DNA of 64,000 nucleotides from contig CP060233.1 in NCBI GenBank assembly GCA_023898665.1, positions 484,368 through 548,367 of the forward strand. The letters are read 5' to 3'. A program made the translations under genes and the position numbers. The notes under the pieces are model-generated. The model saw only the letters and a list, made by a program, of their open reading frames with translations. It ran no database searches and was not told the DNA's origin. The first letter of the stretch is position 1; each line of letters opens with the position of its first letter. Positions 10,174 to 18,762 of this stretch are shown here, piece after piece. Source of the stretch: Candidatus Nomurabacteria bacterium. GTDB taxonomy: Bacteria; Patescibacteriota; Saccharimonadia; Saccharimonadales; HK-STAS-PATE-42.

Positions 10174-10176
10174 ATT

Positions 10177-11367
10177 TTATTCTAATGTTCTTTCTGGTTT
10201 AACTTTTGTAATTCTAAGTGATGTTAGCAATAAGATTAACATAAATACTGCTACGACTAAGAAGCTATACTGAAAAGCTATTCCAGTTAATATTAAGCCG
10301 AGCACTAATGTAAATATTCCTTCTCCAAATGAAGTTGCTGTTATAAATATTGGATAAGCACGCTCTTCTTCATCTTTGTCAGTTAAACTGAAGAAGAATA
10401 CGTCACCTAACGGATCCAGGAAAGCTAACGGAATTGAACCGAAAATTAGGAGAGCTATAACAACAGTTGGAGAATTTACGAAATAAGCAATAATAGTTAG
10501 TACTAAAAGAGTAAAGAAACAGCTACTAAATATACTTTTAAACGATAAATATCTTAAGCTTTTAAGCGTGCTAAATTCTCCCAAAACCAATGGTAGTTGG
10601 GTTAGGCCTAATGCGGTGCCAATCTGAAATAGAGAATAGTTCTGTTGAAGCATATAAAGTGGTAAAAAAGTAAAAATGAATGACCACCATACATCCTGAC
10701 CGGACCTAATTATATAGGCTACTTTTAAACCCTTAATCCTTGTAAAATATTTTATATTTTGTATTATATTCAAACTCGAATGAACCTCTTCTGTGATATG
10801 AGGGACTCTCTCAATATAGGCGACGACTGAAGCAATAATTAGTATCAGCCCACTTGTATACATTGCTGCTTCTGAAGTAAATTTATCCATAATTAAGCCT
10901 CCCATAACTGGCCCGATCATCCATGCAAATGCTATTAACCCACTTAAAGTACCTTGAGCCAATGTGTATACACTAACTCTTCTAAAGCTATCCCTAAACA
11001 TTACAGAAAAAGCACTTGATTTTAGATTGTTGAGCACACGAGTTACTAGAAATACTCCTGTAATTATAGTTATGACTGGTAGTCCTGCTAATAATGTTAG
11101 TGCCCCTGCGGTAAAGATACATAAAGGAAATATTTTTGACTCGTCATATTTTTCTAAAATTCTGGGGATCATCATTGAAGTTATTAAAGTAATAATTACT
11201 GCTCCTCCCTTTAGAATACCGATTTGGCCATCACTTAACCCTTGTTTGTAAAAAAGAATAGACCAAACACCCGAGACTAAAGCAAAGCCAAAATTCTCCA
11301 TAACCCGAGAGGAGATAAGTTCTGGAATTGCTTTATGTCTATATAACTCTTTATATCCTGATGCCAT
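10177..11367 (-). CDS. MFS-type transporter
   Basis: 396 aa, about 12 hydrophobic segments, very AT-rich coding sequence. Confidence 0.75.
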   Translation of the reverse strand: MASGYKELYRHKAIPELISSRVMENFGFALVSGVWSILFYKQGLSDGQIGILKGGAVIITLITSMMIPRILEKYDESKIFPLCIFTAGALTLLAGLPVITIITGVFLVTRVLNNLKSSAFSVMFRDSFRRVSVYTLAQGTLSGLIAFAWMIGPVMGGLIMDKFTSEAAMYTSGLILIIASVVAYIERVPHITEEVHSSLNIIQNIKYFTRIKGLKVAYIIRSGQDVWWSFIFTFLPLYMLQQNYSLFQIGTALGLTQLPLVLGEFSTLKSLRYLSFKSIFSSCFFTLLVLTIIAYFVNSPTVVIALLIFGSIPLAFLDPLGDVFFFSLTDKDEEERAYPIFITATSFGEGIFTLVLGLILTGIAFQYSFLVVAVFMLILLLTSLRITKVKPERTLE

Positions 11368-11447
11368 CAGTTATTATTAAATTCTAGATCTGAATATTAG
11401 TATAACAAAGCCCCTGTCCTCCCAGATGTTGATGATATTAAGTGCAT

Positions 11448-11510
11448 TGGTAGCTGAAGTAGAGTCGAAATGGAACCAGGTTAGAGAGGAGCTAGTGGGA
11501 TGGTAGCCTG
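11448..11510 (-). repeat. two degenerate tRNA 3'-end-like remnants (each ends GCTACCA on the minus strand)
   Basis: The + strand tggtagc occurs at 11448 and 11501. The region between contains ggttccatttcgac (T-arm-like). The following minus-strand GGCTTTGTTAT matches the array spacers. Confidence 0.5.
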
Positions 11511-11512
11511 AA

Positions 11513-12205
11513 TTATATTGGCTCAATCACCGAATCCCAATATGCATCATGGAAGGCTGCAAGAATAGCATCTGCCCTTTTATTGTCAGCAGTGTATGAT
11601 GTAGCGACCCTTCCACCAGCTTTTTCATCAAAAAGATCATACCCATCACCTGCAATAGTTCTAACTCTGAGGGTAGTTATGGTGTCACTAGAGGGTGCTA
11701 TAGTAACGGCAACCACACCTAGTCGTTCGCTACTTCTCTCGTCATACGTACGATATGGTAATTTGCCAAGTGTGTCGGGATCTACCCACCTTAAAAAAGC
11801 CTTTCTTAGGCTCACACCCACACCTATTTCGGGAGTTCCATCCACTTCTCTAGCTACTACGACAGGTTTTGAATACATATCAACACCACCACCGCGAGAT
11901 TTTTCATGCACTGAAGTTACTGGCTGGCTGCGATATATTAAGCGTCCGTATCTAGCAGGCTCTGTTGTACCTAACCTAAACCTAGTACCCACCGAGCCAA
12001 GCAGGCTCTGTATATATGCTTTATTGTGATGTGGTAGCCATCCTGCAAACCAAGGGGTTCCTACGTCACTAGACTCAAATACATTATCGGTCCCTTCTCT
12101 ACATAGGCCTTGACCATAGTGATTTCTAAGCCTTACCATCTCCGCATATTCTTCCGCAACTCTTTCTTTAAAAGTAGGTGCAGTGCTTAATGATTTTACT
12201 GGCAT
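11513..12205 (-). CDS. hypothetical protein (cassette 3 of the tRNA-Met array, GC-richer)
   Basis: 230-aa ORF with an AGGGGG Shine-Dalgarno-like element and the motif promoter at 12268..12278. Confidence 0.55.
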   Translation of the reverse strand: MPVKSLSTAPTFKERVAEEYAEMVRLRNHYGQGLCREGTDNVFESSDVGTPWFAGWLPHHNKAYIQSLLGSVGTRFRLGTTEPARYGRLIYRSQPVTSVHEKSRGGGVDMYSKPVVVAREVDGTPEIGVGVSLRKAFLRWVDPDTLGKLPYRTYDERSSERLGVVAVTIAPSSDTITTLRVRTIAGDGYDLFDEKAGGRVATSYTADNKRADAILAAFHDAYWDSVIEPI

Positions 12206-12267
12206 AATTTTACCCCCTAAATTCTTACCCTATATAGTTTAACTATCCCAGGAATCTAGTTAAGATT

Positions 12268-12278
12268 CAAGCTTAAGC
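12268..12278 (-). promoter_or_regulatory. CAAGCTTAAGC motif copy 2
   Basis: Exact 11-mer. Minus-strand reading AGAGGCTTCTTATTGCTTAAGCTTGAAT, 62 nt upstream of the ATG at 12205. Confidence 0.55.
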
Positions 12279-12318
12279 AATAAGAAGCCTCTTTTTTTCA
12301 CAGAAGTTAAAGGGCTTA

Positions 12319-12350
12319 TGGTAGCCTTGGAGTGGAGTTGTTGGATTCAG
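12319..12350 (-). repeat. degenerate tRNA 3'-end-like remnant (GGCTACCA)
   Basis: Minus-strand reading ...GAATCCAACAACTCCACTCCAAGGCTACCA, followed by a decayed hairpin and the promoter module. Confidence 0.45.
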
Positions 12351-12443
12351 ATTAAGAAAGAACTGGTTAGTATGGCTGGTATTGTTAAAGACTATAGGAA
12401 TAGCTTAACAGTTTAGAGTATAAGGGGCTTTGATGGAAGCAGC

Positions 12444-12722
12444 CTAGCACTCAATCATACCATCAGATACAAGAGTGGCGTATGTACATGATGCACATGC
12501 GGTAAAGTCTCCTATTTGCCTTAGCTCTTTAGCCTTAACGAGGGGGCAACCCTCAGGTGCATGAGGAATAATTTTTTCTTTATTATTAACCTGAAACGCC
12601 ATCCCAACTCTACCTTGCGTTAGCTCACCCTCTTCACTGGTCTCTATAACATCAGCTCCTCCAATTGCATCACAACCTATCTTTTCAATATCTTGACCAT
12701 AGCCACCTTTTAACTCTCCCAT
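12444..12722 (-). CDS. hypothetical small protein (cassette 2, GC-richer, Cys-containing)
   Basis: 92-aa ORF with an AAGGAG Shine-Dalgarno 9 nt upstream and the motif promoter at 12784..12794. Confidence 0.55.
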   Translation of the reverse strand: MGELKGGYGQDIEKIGCDAIGGADVIETSEEGELTQGRVGMAFQVNNKEKIIPHAPEGCPLVKAKELRQIGDFTACASCTYATLVSDGMIEC

Positions 12723-12783
12723 ACAGTGAATCTCCTTTTAATTTAGTTGATAGGAATAATAATAAACCAAAGTCACGCAAAAG

Positions 12784-12794
12784 CAAGCTTAAGC
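12784..12794 (-). promoter_or_regulatory. CAAGCTTAAGC motif copy 3
   Basis: Exact 11-mer. Minus-strand reading AGAGGCTTTGTTATTGCTTAAGCTTGCTT-N17-ATTATT, 61 nt upstream of the ATG at 12722. Preceded by the hairpin at 12804..12823. Confidence 0.55.
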
Positions 12795-12839
12795 AATAAC
12801 AAAGCCTCTAATTACACAGAGGTTAAAGCTTAGGCATAA

Positions 12840-12963
12840 TGGTAGCTCTCGTCGGTAAAAGTTGGAACCTACTTAGAGATGAGCTGATAGCTATATCTGA
12901 ATTAGTAGTGTGGGCTAGGGTTGCTAACAGTAGAAGTTACTAAATGAGTGGAATTGAACTGAC
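12840..12963 (-). repeat. degenerate tRNA-Met-derived remnants (a T-arm fragment plus a tRNA-like stretch ending GCTACCA)
   Basis: The 11-mer tggaattgaac at 12949..12959 is identical to 13458..13468 inside the intact tRNA. tggtagc occurs at 12840. Confidence 0.6.
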
Positions 12964-13331
12964 TAGTCTGTATACCTTGCAGATTGAATGTCCCTTGTAT
13001 CGATACAGCAAACTGTTCCATCACCTTTTGGACCAGGATTATCGCTTTCATTAGCTGATTTAACTACTGTTCTTAATGCGTATTCTGCTTCTCGAGCTAG
13101 AGTATAGCCACCATACTCAGTACTTATACTAAAACGTGCCGCCCTAGGTGTTTGAGGTAGCCACCACTCACCTGCTACTATAGTACAACCTAAAGCTTCA
13201 GCAAGATTGCAGCCTCTGCATTGTTCTGGAAGTTCCCCTAAAAGACGTTCGGCTATTTCAGAAACTCCATCCTCAACTGAAGTTGCACGCCTTGGTGTTT
13301 TTAAGTATTCTTTTGGTGAATCAATTGCCAT
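12963..13331 (-). CDS. hypothetical protein (cassette 1, GC-richer, Cys-rich)
   Basis: 122-aa ORF containing EQCRGCNLAEALGC. Motif promoter at 13387..13397. Confidence 0.5.
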   Translation of the reverse strand: MAIDSPKEYLKTPRRATSVEDGVSEIAERLLGELPEQCRGCNLAEALGCTIVAGEWWLPQTPRAARFSISTEYGGYTLAREAEYALRTVVKSANESDNPGPKGDGTVCCIDTRDIQSARYTD

Positions 13332-13386
13332 ATAAGTTTTTTATTATTTTAATTGATATTATTCTCTCAGCTTCTTTAGGGGGATG

Positions 13387-13397
13387 CAAGCTTAAGC
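13387..13397 (-). promoter_or_regulatory. CAAGCTTAAGC motif copy 4
   Basis: Exact 11-mer. Minus-strand reading GGTTTTGTTATTGCTTAAGCTTGCAT, 55 nt upstream of the ATG at 13331. Confidence 0.55.
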
Positions 13398-13405
13398 AAT
13401 AACAA

Positions 13406-13427
13406 AACCTCTGCTTTCAGAGAGGTT
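13406..13427 (-). terminator. hairpin plus T-rich tail downstream of tRNA-Met
   Basis: Minus-strand AACCTCT-CTGAAAGC-AGAGGTT followed by TTTGTTATT. It is conserved in decayed form at 12804..12823 and around 12285..12310. Confidence 0.55.
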
Positions 13428-13444
13428 GACAATCTTAAACGTAA

Positions 13445-13521
13445 TGGTAGCGGTGACTGGAATTGAACCAGTGACCTCAGGCTTATGAGTCCTGCGCTCT
13501 AACCAACTGAGCTACACCGCC
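13445..13521 (-). tRNA. tRNA-Met (anticodon CAT; elongator-like, though tRNA-Ile2/lysidine is not excluded), CCA encoded
   Basis: Reverse complement: GGCGGTGTAGCTCAGTTGGTTAGAGCGCAGGACTCATAAGCCTGAGGTCACTGGTTCAATTCCAGTCACCGCTACCA. It has a 7-bp acceptor stem, D and T arms, and a CTCATAA anticodon loop. Confidence 0.9.
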
Positions 13522-13629
13522 ATACCTTTATATCTACTCAGTAATTATATCAATTTTATTTACTAATTTTAAGTTAGAACTTGTTTAATAACGAGTATTA
13601 AGCTTATGATAATAGTAAAGTATGTATAG

Positions 13630-15894
13630 ATGAAACCAGTCAAAGAAAGATTATGGATAGTCCCTACAACAACAGTATTATTTACTGCTGCTCTTTTACT
13701 AACTGTTTTATCAAATAAAGGTGAACTTTCATTCAAGTTCTCTTACTTAAGTTTAATTCCGCTAGCTTCGGCTTTTGTTAATTCTTACTTATTATTTAAA
13801 ATTGCAAGAAGGAGAAGTCAGGTCAAATCGATACTGTGGTTTTGTATATTTATTATTTCGGTAATTTTCTGGTCAATTGCTGATATTTTAGCTTTTTCTG
13901 CTAACAACCCTGAAACAGGACTATTTGCAAGAAACTTTGTAGTAATACCCGCTGTTGTAGGAGCTCCCGCCTTTTATATATTTATCAAAGACACTATATC
14001 CGATAAGACAGAGAACTTAATAGGCTCTAGGATACTTTTACTAGCAAATTCCTTTTTTTATTTAGTTATAGCATTGTCTACAAATTACATATTTATTCGT
14101 GATCCTAATTCTTTAGCGCAAAGATTCTGGGGGTACGAAATTAAACTTGGTCATGCTGGCATTCCATACATTATTCTCACACAAATAATTATTTATATGA
14201 GCGCTGTGGCGGTGTACAGATACTACAGATCGCAAAAAGTTTCTGAGCAGAAGAAACAAGCAAAAATATTCTTATTAAGTATTGTTGTGCCGACAATTGG
14301 CATATCTGCTACTAATTTAATACCTGCGCTATTTGCTTGGCCATGGATTCCAATTGATAGTTTATATATGACTGTTATGGCGATTTTTATTGTCTATGGT
14401 CTTAATAAATACCAACTCTTTACAATTAACCCTACTCGTATTGCCAATAATATCTTAGAGACAATGTCAGAATCAGTCATTGTCACCAACAACTCTTTTG
14501 AGATCCATTATATGAACTACAGTGCAATAAAACTTTTAAACTATAATCCGCAAAAAGAATCTGAGCAAGCATATTTAAAGGATTTTGTCGCTGAAGATCA
14601 CTTTAAAAAGATAAAATATTTTATTAACAACAATAAGCTAATCAAGTCTAAAAAAAGATTTTCTGAATTAAATGTAATTGCAAAACATACAGGTAGTATT
14701 ACGCCGATTGATTTATCGGTAAATAGTGTTTTGGACGATAAAAAAGGAAGCGCCGGTTATGTATTTGTACTGTCTGACTTATCAGAGCTACAGAAAGCAT
14801 ATAGTCAGCTAGCCGAGCAAGAACAAAGGGTAGAGAAACAAGTACAGGAGAGGACTAAGCAGCTATACGAAGAGCATGCCAAGCTTGAAGCATCAATCTC
14901 TGGACTCCCTATCGGATTTATTATGCTCGATGAACACATGAAGATTATTGAGCAAAACGAAGTTGCTCGTAGTTTATTTAGAACAAGAGAAAATAACTTA
15001 TGGTATATACAGGACGCTTTGGAAGAAATGGGAGTAGAAAAAAGATTACTTAATAAACTATCAAAAGGCAATATAATTGATATCCCTGAGGTGGTTCGTG
15101 GTAACAGATTCTTACATATTATAATTTCTCCTATTGTTAGTGAAGGAAAAACTTTAGGTAGAGTTATTTTAATTGAAGATATCACCGATCAAAAAGCCGC
15201 AGAAAGAGAAAGAAATGAATTTGTTGTAACTGCGTCACATGAAATAAGAACTCCACTTAGTGTGATTCAGGGTAACTTGTCTAATGTTTTAGACTTAGAA
15301 GAGAAGATCGATCCAGTACTTAAGCCTTTAATCGGTAGTGCGTATAGGGCATCGAATCAGATATCTTCTTTATTCAATGATATATTGATTGTTTCGGATA
15401 TAGAAAATGAGGGACGGCCTAAGCCTAAGTTTGAGACAAAATTTACACTAAAAGATGCCGTAAAAGAGGTTATCGAACATCTTGAACCACTTGCCAAAGA
15501 GAAGAGACTTAATATTAGCTTTAAAAGTATTGGGCAAAAGGTTCAAGTCATCGGTGATAGAGATGAGATTAAAGAGTGTATCCTAAAGTTAGTTGATAAT
15601 GCTATTAAGTTTACAAAAGAAGGCTCAGTTGATATAAGCTTAAGAGTTAGGAATAACAATGCTATAGTTGAAGTTGCTGACTCAGGAAAAGGGATAAGTA
15701 AATCTGAAGAAAAGCGTTTATTTAGAAAGTTTATTAGACTAGATAATAGCTTAAAAAGAGAAGTTGGTGGTGCTGGACTAGGTTTATATATAGCCAAAGC
15801 TTTAGCCGAGAGAAATGGCGGAGAGCTTGTACTAGAGAAATCCAGTAATAAGGGGAGTGTTTTTTCTTTAACACTGGGAGTTGCAAAAAAATAG
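13630..15894 (+). CDS. membrane sensor histidine kinase
   Basis: 754 aa with about 7 N-terminal TM helices, PAS-like middle regions, the HisKA H-box (VVTASHEIRTPLSVIQGN), and HATPase_c motifs (DNAIKFT, DSGKGI, GGAGLGLYI). Confidence 0.9.
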   Translation: MKPVKERLWIVPTTTVLFTAALLLTVLSNKGELSFKFSYLSLIPLASAFVNSYLLFKIARRRSQVKSILWFCIFIISVIFWSIADILAFSANNPETGLFARNFVVIPAVVGAPAFYIFIKDTISDKTENLIGSRILLLANSFFYLVIALSTNYIFIRDPNSLAQRFWGYEIKLGHAGIPYIILTQIIIYMSAVAVYRYYRSQKVSEQKKQAKIFLLSIVVPTIGISATNLIPALFAWPWIPIDSLYMTVMAIFIVYGLNKYQLFTINPTRIANNILETMSESVIVTNNSFEIHYMNYSAIKLLNYNPQKESEQAYLKDFVAEDHFKKIKYFINNNKLIKSKKRFSELNVIAKHTGSITPIDLSVNSVLDDKKGSAGYVFVLSDLSELQKAYSQLAEQEQRVEKQVQERTKQLYEEHAKLEASISGLPIGFIMLDEHMKIIEQNEVARSLFRTRENNLWYIQDALEEMGVEKRLLNKLSKGNIIDIPEVVRGNRFLHIIISPIVSEGKTLGRVILIEDITDQKAAERERNEFVVTASHEIRTPLSVIQGNLSNVLDLEEKIDPVLKPLIGSAYRASNQISSLFNDILIVSDIENEGRPKPKFETKFTLKDAVKEVIEHLEPLAKEKRLNISFKSIGQKVQVIGDRDEIKECILKLVDNAIKFTKEGSVDISLRVRNNNAIVEVADSGKGISKSEEKRLFRKFIRLDNSLKREVGGAGLGLYIAKALAERNGGELVLEKSSNKGSVFSLTLGVAKK

Positions 15895-15895
15895 T

Positions 15896-16250
15896 ATGGC
15901 AGATCTGGATAAAGTCTATAAAACGAAATTTGGTGATATATACCCTCTATATGTTTCTAAAGCAAATAAAAAAGGATGAGATAAAGAGGAAGTTAATCAA
16001 GTAATATCCTGGCTAACAGGCTACTCTAATAATGATATCGATAATTTAATAAGTGAGAACAACAAATCATTTGAGGATTTTTTAGAAAGCCCCAGAATTG
16101 AACCCTAATCGAAGACTAATAACAGGACTAATTTGTGGGATTCGGGTTGAAGATATAAAAGAGCCGTTGATGCAAGAAGTTAGGTATTTAGATAAACTAA
16201 TTGATGAATTAGCCAGAGGAAAAAAGTTAGAAAGTATTTTAAGAAGTTAG
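15896..16250 (+). pseudogene. DUF2200-like gene disrupted by an in-frame TGA and a +1 frameshift
   Basis: My translation gives MADLDKVYKTKFGDIYPLYVSKANKKG*DKEEVNQVISWLTGYS...FLES. After a shift at the C4 run (16091..16094) it continues [52 protein letters not shown]. The TGA lies at 15977..15979. Family assignment is from memory. Confidence 0.7.
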
Positions 16251-16546
16251 GCGACGATTTCGTCTTCTAGATCTGATATTAAATCTTCGACTTCGTCGAA
16301 TAATCGATGGTGCTCCTTGATCTTATGATCTACTTCGTCGTAGCTACTTGGTACACCCTCTATATCTATTAATAAGTCAGAGATCTTCTGTAATGTTGGA
16401 TAATGTTTTGACCATTCTTTACAATGGTCATTGTCAACCAGACGAGCCAAGAGAACGCCAGCAGTGTTTTCGGGGTTATCCATATCAAAATTAGCTAGGT
16501 CACTTCTCCAGGCTATTAATAACTCGTCAATGGTCTCTGGTTGCAT
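16247..16546 (-). CDS. hypothetical acidic protein
   Basis: 99-aa ORF, no recognisable domain. Confidence 0.5.
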   Translation of the reverse strand: MQPETIDELLIAWRSDLANFDMDNPENTAGVLLARLVDNDHCKEWSKHYPTLQKISDLLIDIEGVPSSYDEVDHKIKEHHRLFDEVEDLISDLEDEIVA

Positions 16547-16573
16547 TAAACTTATTCTGTGTAATTAAAGTAT

Positions 16574-17302
16574 TTAACGACTTGCTTTTGATTTTGCTTC
16601 GTTTTTTAGCTCTCGAACACCGCCCTTTAAATCATTAATTGATAGCTTTTCTTTACCTGATCTATATGCATCCTCCAAAATTCGGCTAGCAAGATCTCTA
16701 CCGCCTAGACCAAAGCTTAATGCGAGCCCTAACGATAGTGAACCCATGATCGCTACGTAAGTTATATTTACTATGTCTCTAGCTATACCTAACTGATTAA
16801 GTATCATAAAGACGGCAATACTCATTACAATTGATGGTGAAACGGTACGCAATATATTAGAAGTAGGTGTATTACCGAGTACTCTTTTTATAAATTTAGC
16901 AGAGGCCGCTGATATAGTGCTGGCTACTAAGAAGATTGCCATTGCAGCGACAACATCTGGTACGTAGCTATAGATCCCGGATACTATTGTCGTTAATGCC
17001 GGTACATTTAATGTCGATACTGCGAATGACACAAATCCTAGCATTACCAGCCAAAAGGCAGTCTTACTAACAAATCTTGTTGGTCGGTCGATAACTCGAT
17101 GTACGGTGCTTCCTACTGGTGACGCCGAGATAGTGTGATCAAACCTTAGTTTAGTTAGAGCCTTTCTTGTAACCCTTTGTAGGATCTTAGCTATTACATA
17201 TCCTACGATTAGTAAAAGTAGCGCGCCGATTACTTGAGGTAGGTACTCAAATAATTTTGTAAAACCATTTTCTATAGATTGGCCTAGATCAAAACTTGAC
17301 AT
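16574..17302 (-). CDS. membrane protein (conserved TM-helix repeat type)
   Basis: 242 aa with 4-5 TM helices. The N-terminus (FTKLFEYLPQVIGALLLLIVGYVIAKILQRVTRKAL) is typical of TM_helix or MscS-N-like proteins, from memory. Confidence 0.55.
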   Translation of the reverse strand: MSSFDLGQSIENGFTKLFEYLPQVIGALLLLIVGYVIAKILQRVTRKALTKLRFDHTISASPVGSTVHRVIDRPTRFVSKTAFWLVMLGFVSFAVSTLNVPALTTIVSGIYSYVPDVVAAMAIFLVASTISAASAKFIKRVLGNTPTSNILRTVSPSIVMSIAVFMILNQLGIARDIVNITYVAIMGSLSLGLALSFGLGGRDLASRILEDAYRSGKEKLSINDLKGGVRELKNEAKSKASR

Positions 17303-17400
17303 AATTTAATCTCCTTAATTAATTTAGTCCACCTGGCTGCTAGTAAACAACATTAAGTCTATATGTTCTGTAAGAAAGCTAACATTCATTCAAATTCTTA

Positions 17401-17978
17401 TTAAACTGAAATAGATTTGCTATTTTTAAGGTAGAAACGCCAAGTTTTTTCTTTTTCTTTGCTTATGCCAATTCTTTTTGAAGAGCATATTAATTTACTG
17501 TCTATATTATCTATGATTAAGCGGAGTGGTAATTGATTTAAGTTGTGACCATTTAGTCTATTATCAATTTCTAAGGCCTGGCAAAGTTTGGCGGGTCCAT
17601 TAGTTAAGTCTCTATCCGACTTAGCCTTTCGATTTTTTTGAAGTATTTTAATAGATTCATTATCTATAGGTTCAACTGATCTTATTAAAACTGCAGCCCC
17701 ATAACCTTTTTTCTCCACCACGACATTACAGCAATAATGCATCCCATATGTAAAATAAACGTATAATCTTCCTGGAGGCCCAAACATAACCTCGTTTCGT
17801 CTAGTTATTCCCTTGTAACTATGACTAGCGCATCCGATTGATCATATGCTTCTGTCTCAACAATCTTCACCGTACATTTTGTACCATCATTGAATTCTCT
17901 CTCTATAAATGACCCCAGTAGAAGTTTTGCAGCTTCTGGTGCAGGTATTTGTAGAATTCTATCTAGGTTATCACTCAT
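17401..17978 (-). pseudogene. mpg: DNA-3-methyladenine glycosylase (Mpg/AAG family) with a 1-nt frameshift
   Basis: ORF 17401..17787 encodes MFGPPGRLYVYFTYGMHYCCNVV...NGPAKLCQALEI. The upstream frame from the ATG at 17978 encodes MSDNLDRILQ...VKIVETEAYDQSD. A third frame across ~17826..17835 gives ASHSYKGITRRNEV, so one base appears to be missing. Confidence 0.8.
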
Positions 17979-18099
17979 AATCTCAATGCTTAAGAGAGTT
18001 TAATTTTACACTATACTTTTATTTTATAAAGTAATAGATTACTATAGTATTACAATATATAAGTACAATCACTCAACTCTTACTTAATTTTAAAGCATA

Positions 18100-18762
18100 A
18101 TGAACATATACGAAAACACACAGCATATTGATGAGTGGCATGATTTTTTAAAAAAATGTAGTGCACATAAATATAAAAAAGGTGAGATTATTTTTTTAAA
18201 AAACGAAAATACAAAAAAAATTTGTATTATTAAATCTGGGATCGTAAAAGTTTACGACATAGATAATGAGGGTGAAGAGCAACAGGTAGCCTTAGACACT
18301 ATAACGGAAGTATTTCCAATAGGTGTTGGGCTAGGCATTCACAAAAATACTCTTTATTTCTATGAAGCATTTACAGATGTGGAGGTATACATTCTTGAAA
18401 GGAAAGATTTTTTAGAATATATTGCTGATAATCCAAGAATTGGTTATGAGATGTACGAGGGGCTTGCTAAAAGGTTTGTGTCAATGCAAACTCGTGTGTA
18501 TGCTTTAGAGCAGAAAAAAGCGCTTGATAAAATAGTTTTAACACTTTTATATTTATGCGAAAGATTTGGCACTCAATTAAATAGTAAGTCTGTTAAGATT
18601 GAGTTGCCTCTTTCTCATAAAGAACTATCAAATTTTATTGGTTTAACTAGAGAAACTATTAGTCTTACATTAAAAAAGCTATCAGACCAAAGTGCAATCT
18701 CTTATAAAGGAAAGTACTACACTATTGATACAAAAAAGCTAAAAGATATAATTGACCCTTAA
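18100..18762 (+). CDS. Crp/Fnr-family transcriptional regulator
   Basis: 220 aa with an N-terminal cNMP-binding-like beta-roll and a C-terminal HTH (SHKELSNFIGLTRETISLTLKKL). Confidence 0.85.
   Translation: MNIYENTQHIDEWHDFLKKCSAHKYKKGEIIFLKNENTKKICIIKSGIVKVYDIDNEGEEQQVALDTITEVFPIGVGLGIHKNTLYFYEAFTDVEVYILERKDFLEYIADNPRIGYEMYEGLAKRFVSMQTRVYALEQKKALDKIVLTLLYLCERFGTQLNSKSVKIELPLSHKELSNFIGLTRETISLTLKKLSDQSAISYKGKYYTIDTKKLKDIIDP

Noticed and set aside
15977-15979. The in-frame TGA in the DUF2200-like gene as evidence for an alternative genetic code (UGA read as Gly or Trp, as in some CPR lineages or mycoplasmas)
   Set aside because: TGA clearly terminates other good genes here (for example 25077..25655, 46521..47726 and 60865..62196). 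The same gene also carries a frameshift, so ordinary pseudogenisation explains it.
18030-18043. AGTAAT-AG-ATTACT inverted repeat upstream of the Crp/Fnr gene as an autoregulatory Crp/Fnr box
   Set aside because: The 6-bp arms lie in about 80% A+T DNA, so such a repeat is expected by chance. It does not resemble TGTGA-N6-TCACA or TTGAT-N4-ATCAA.
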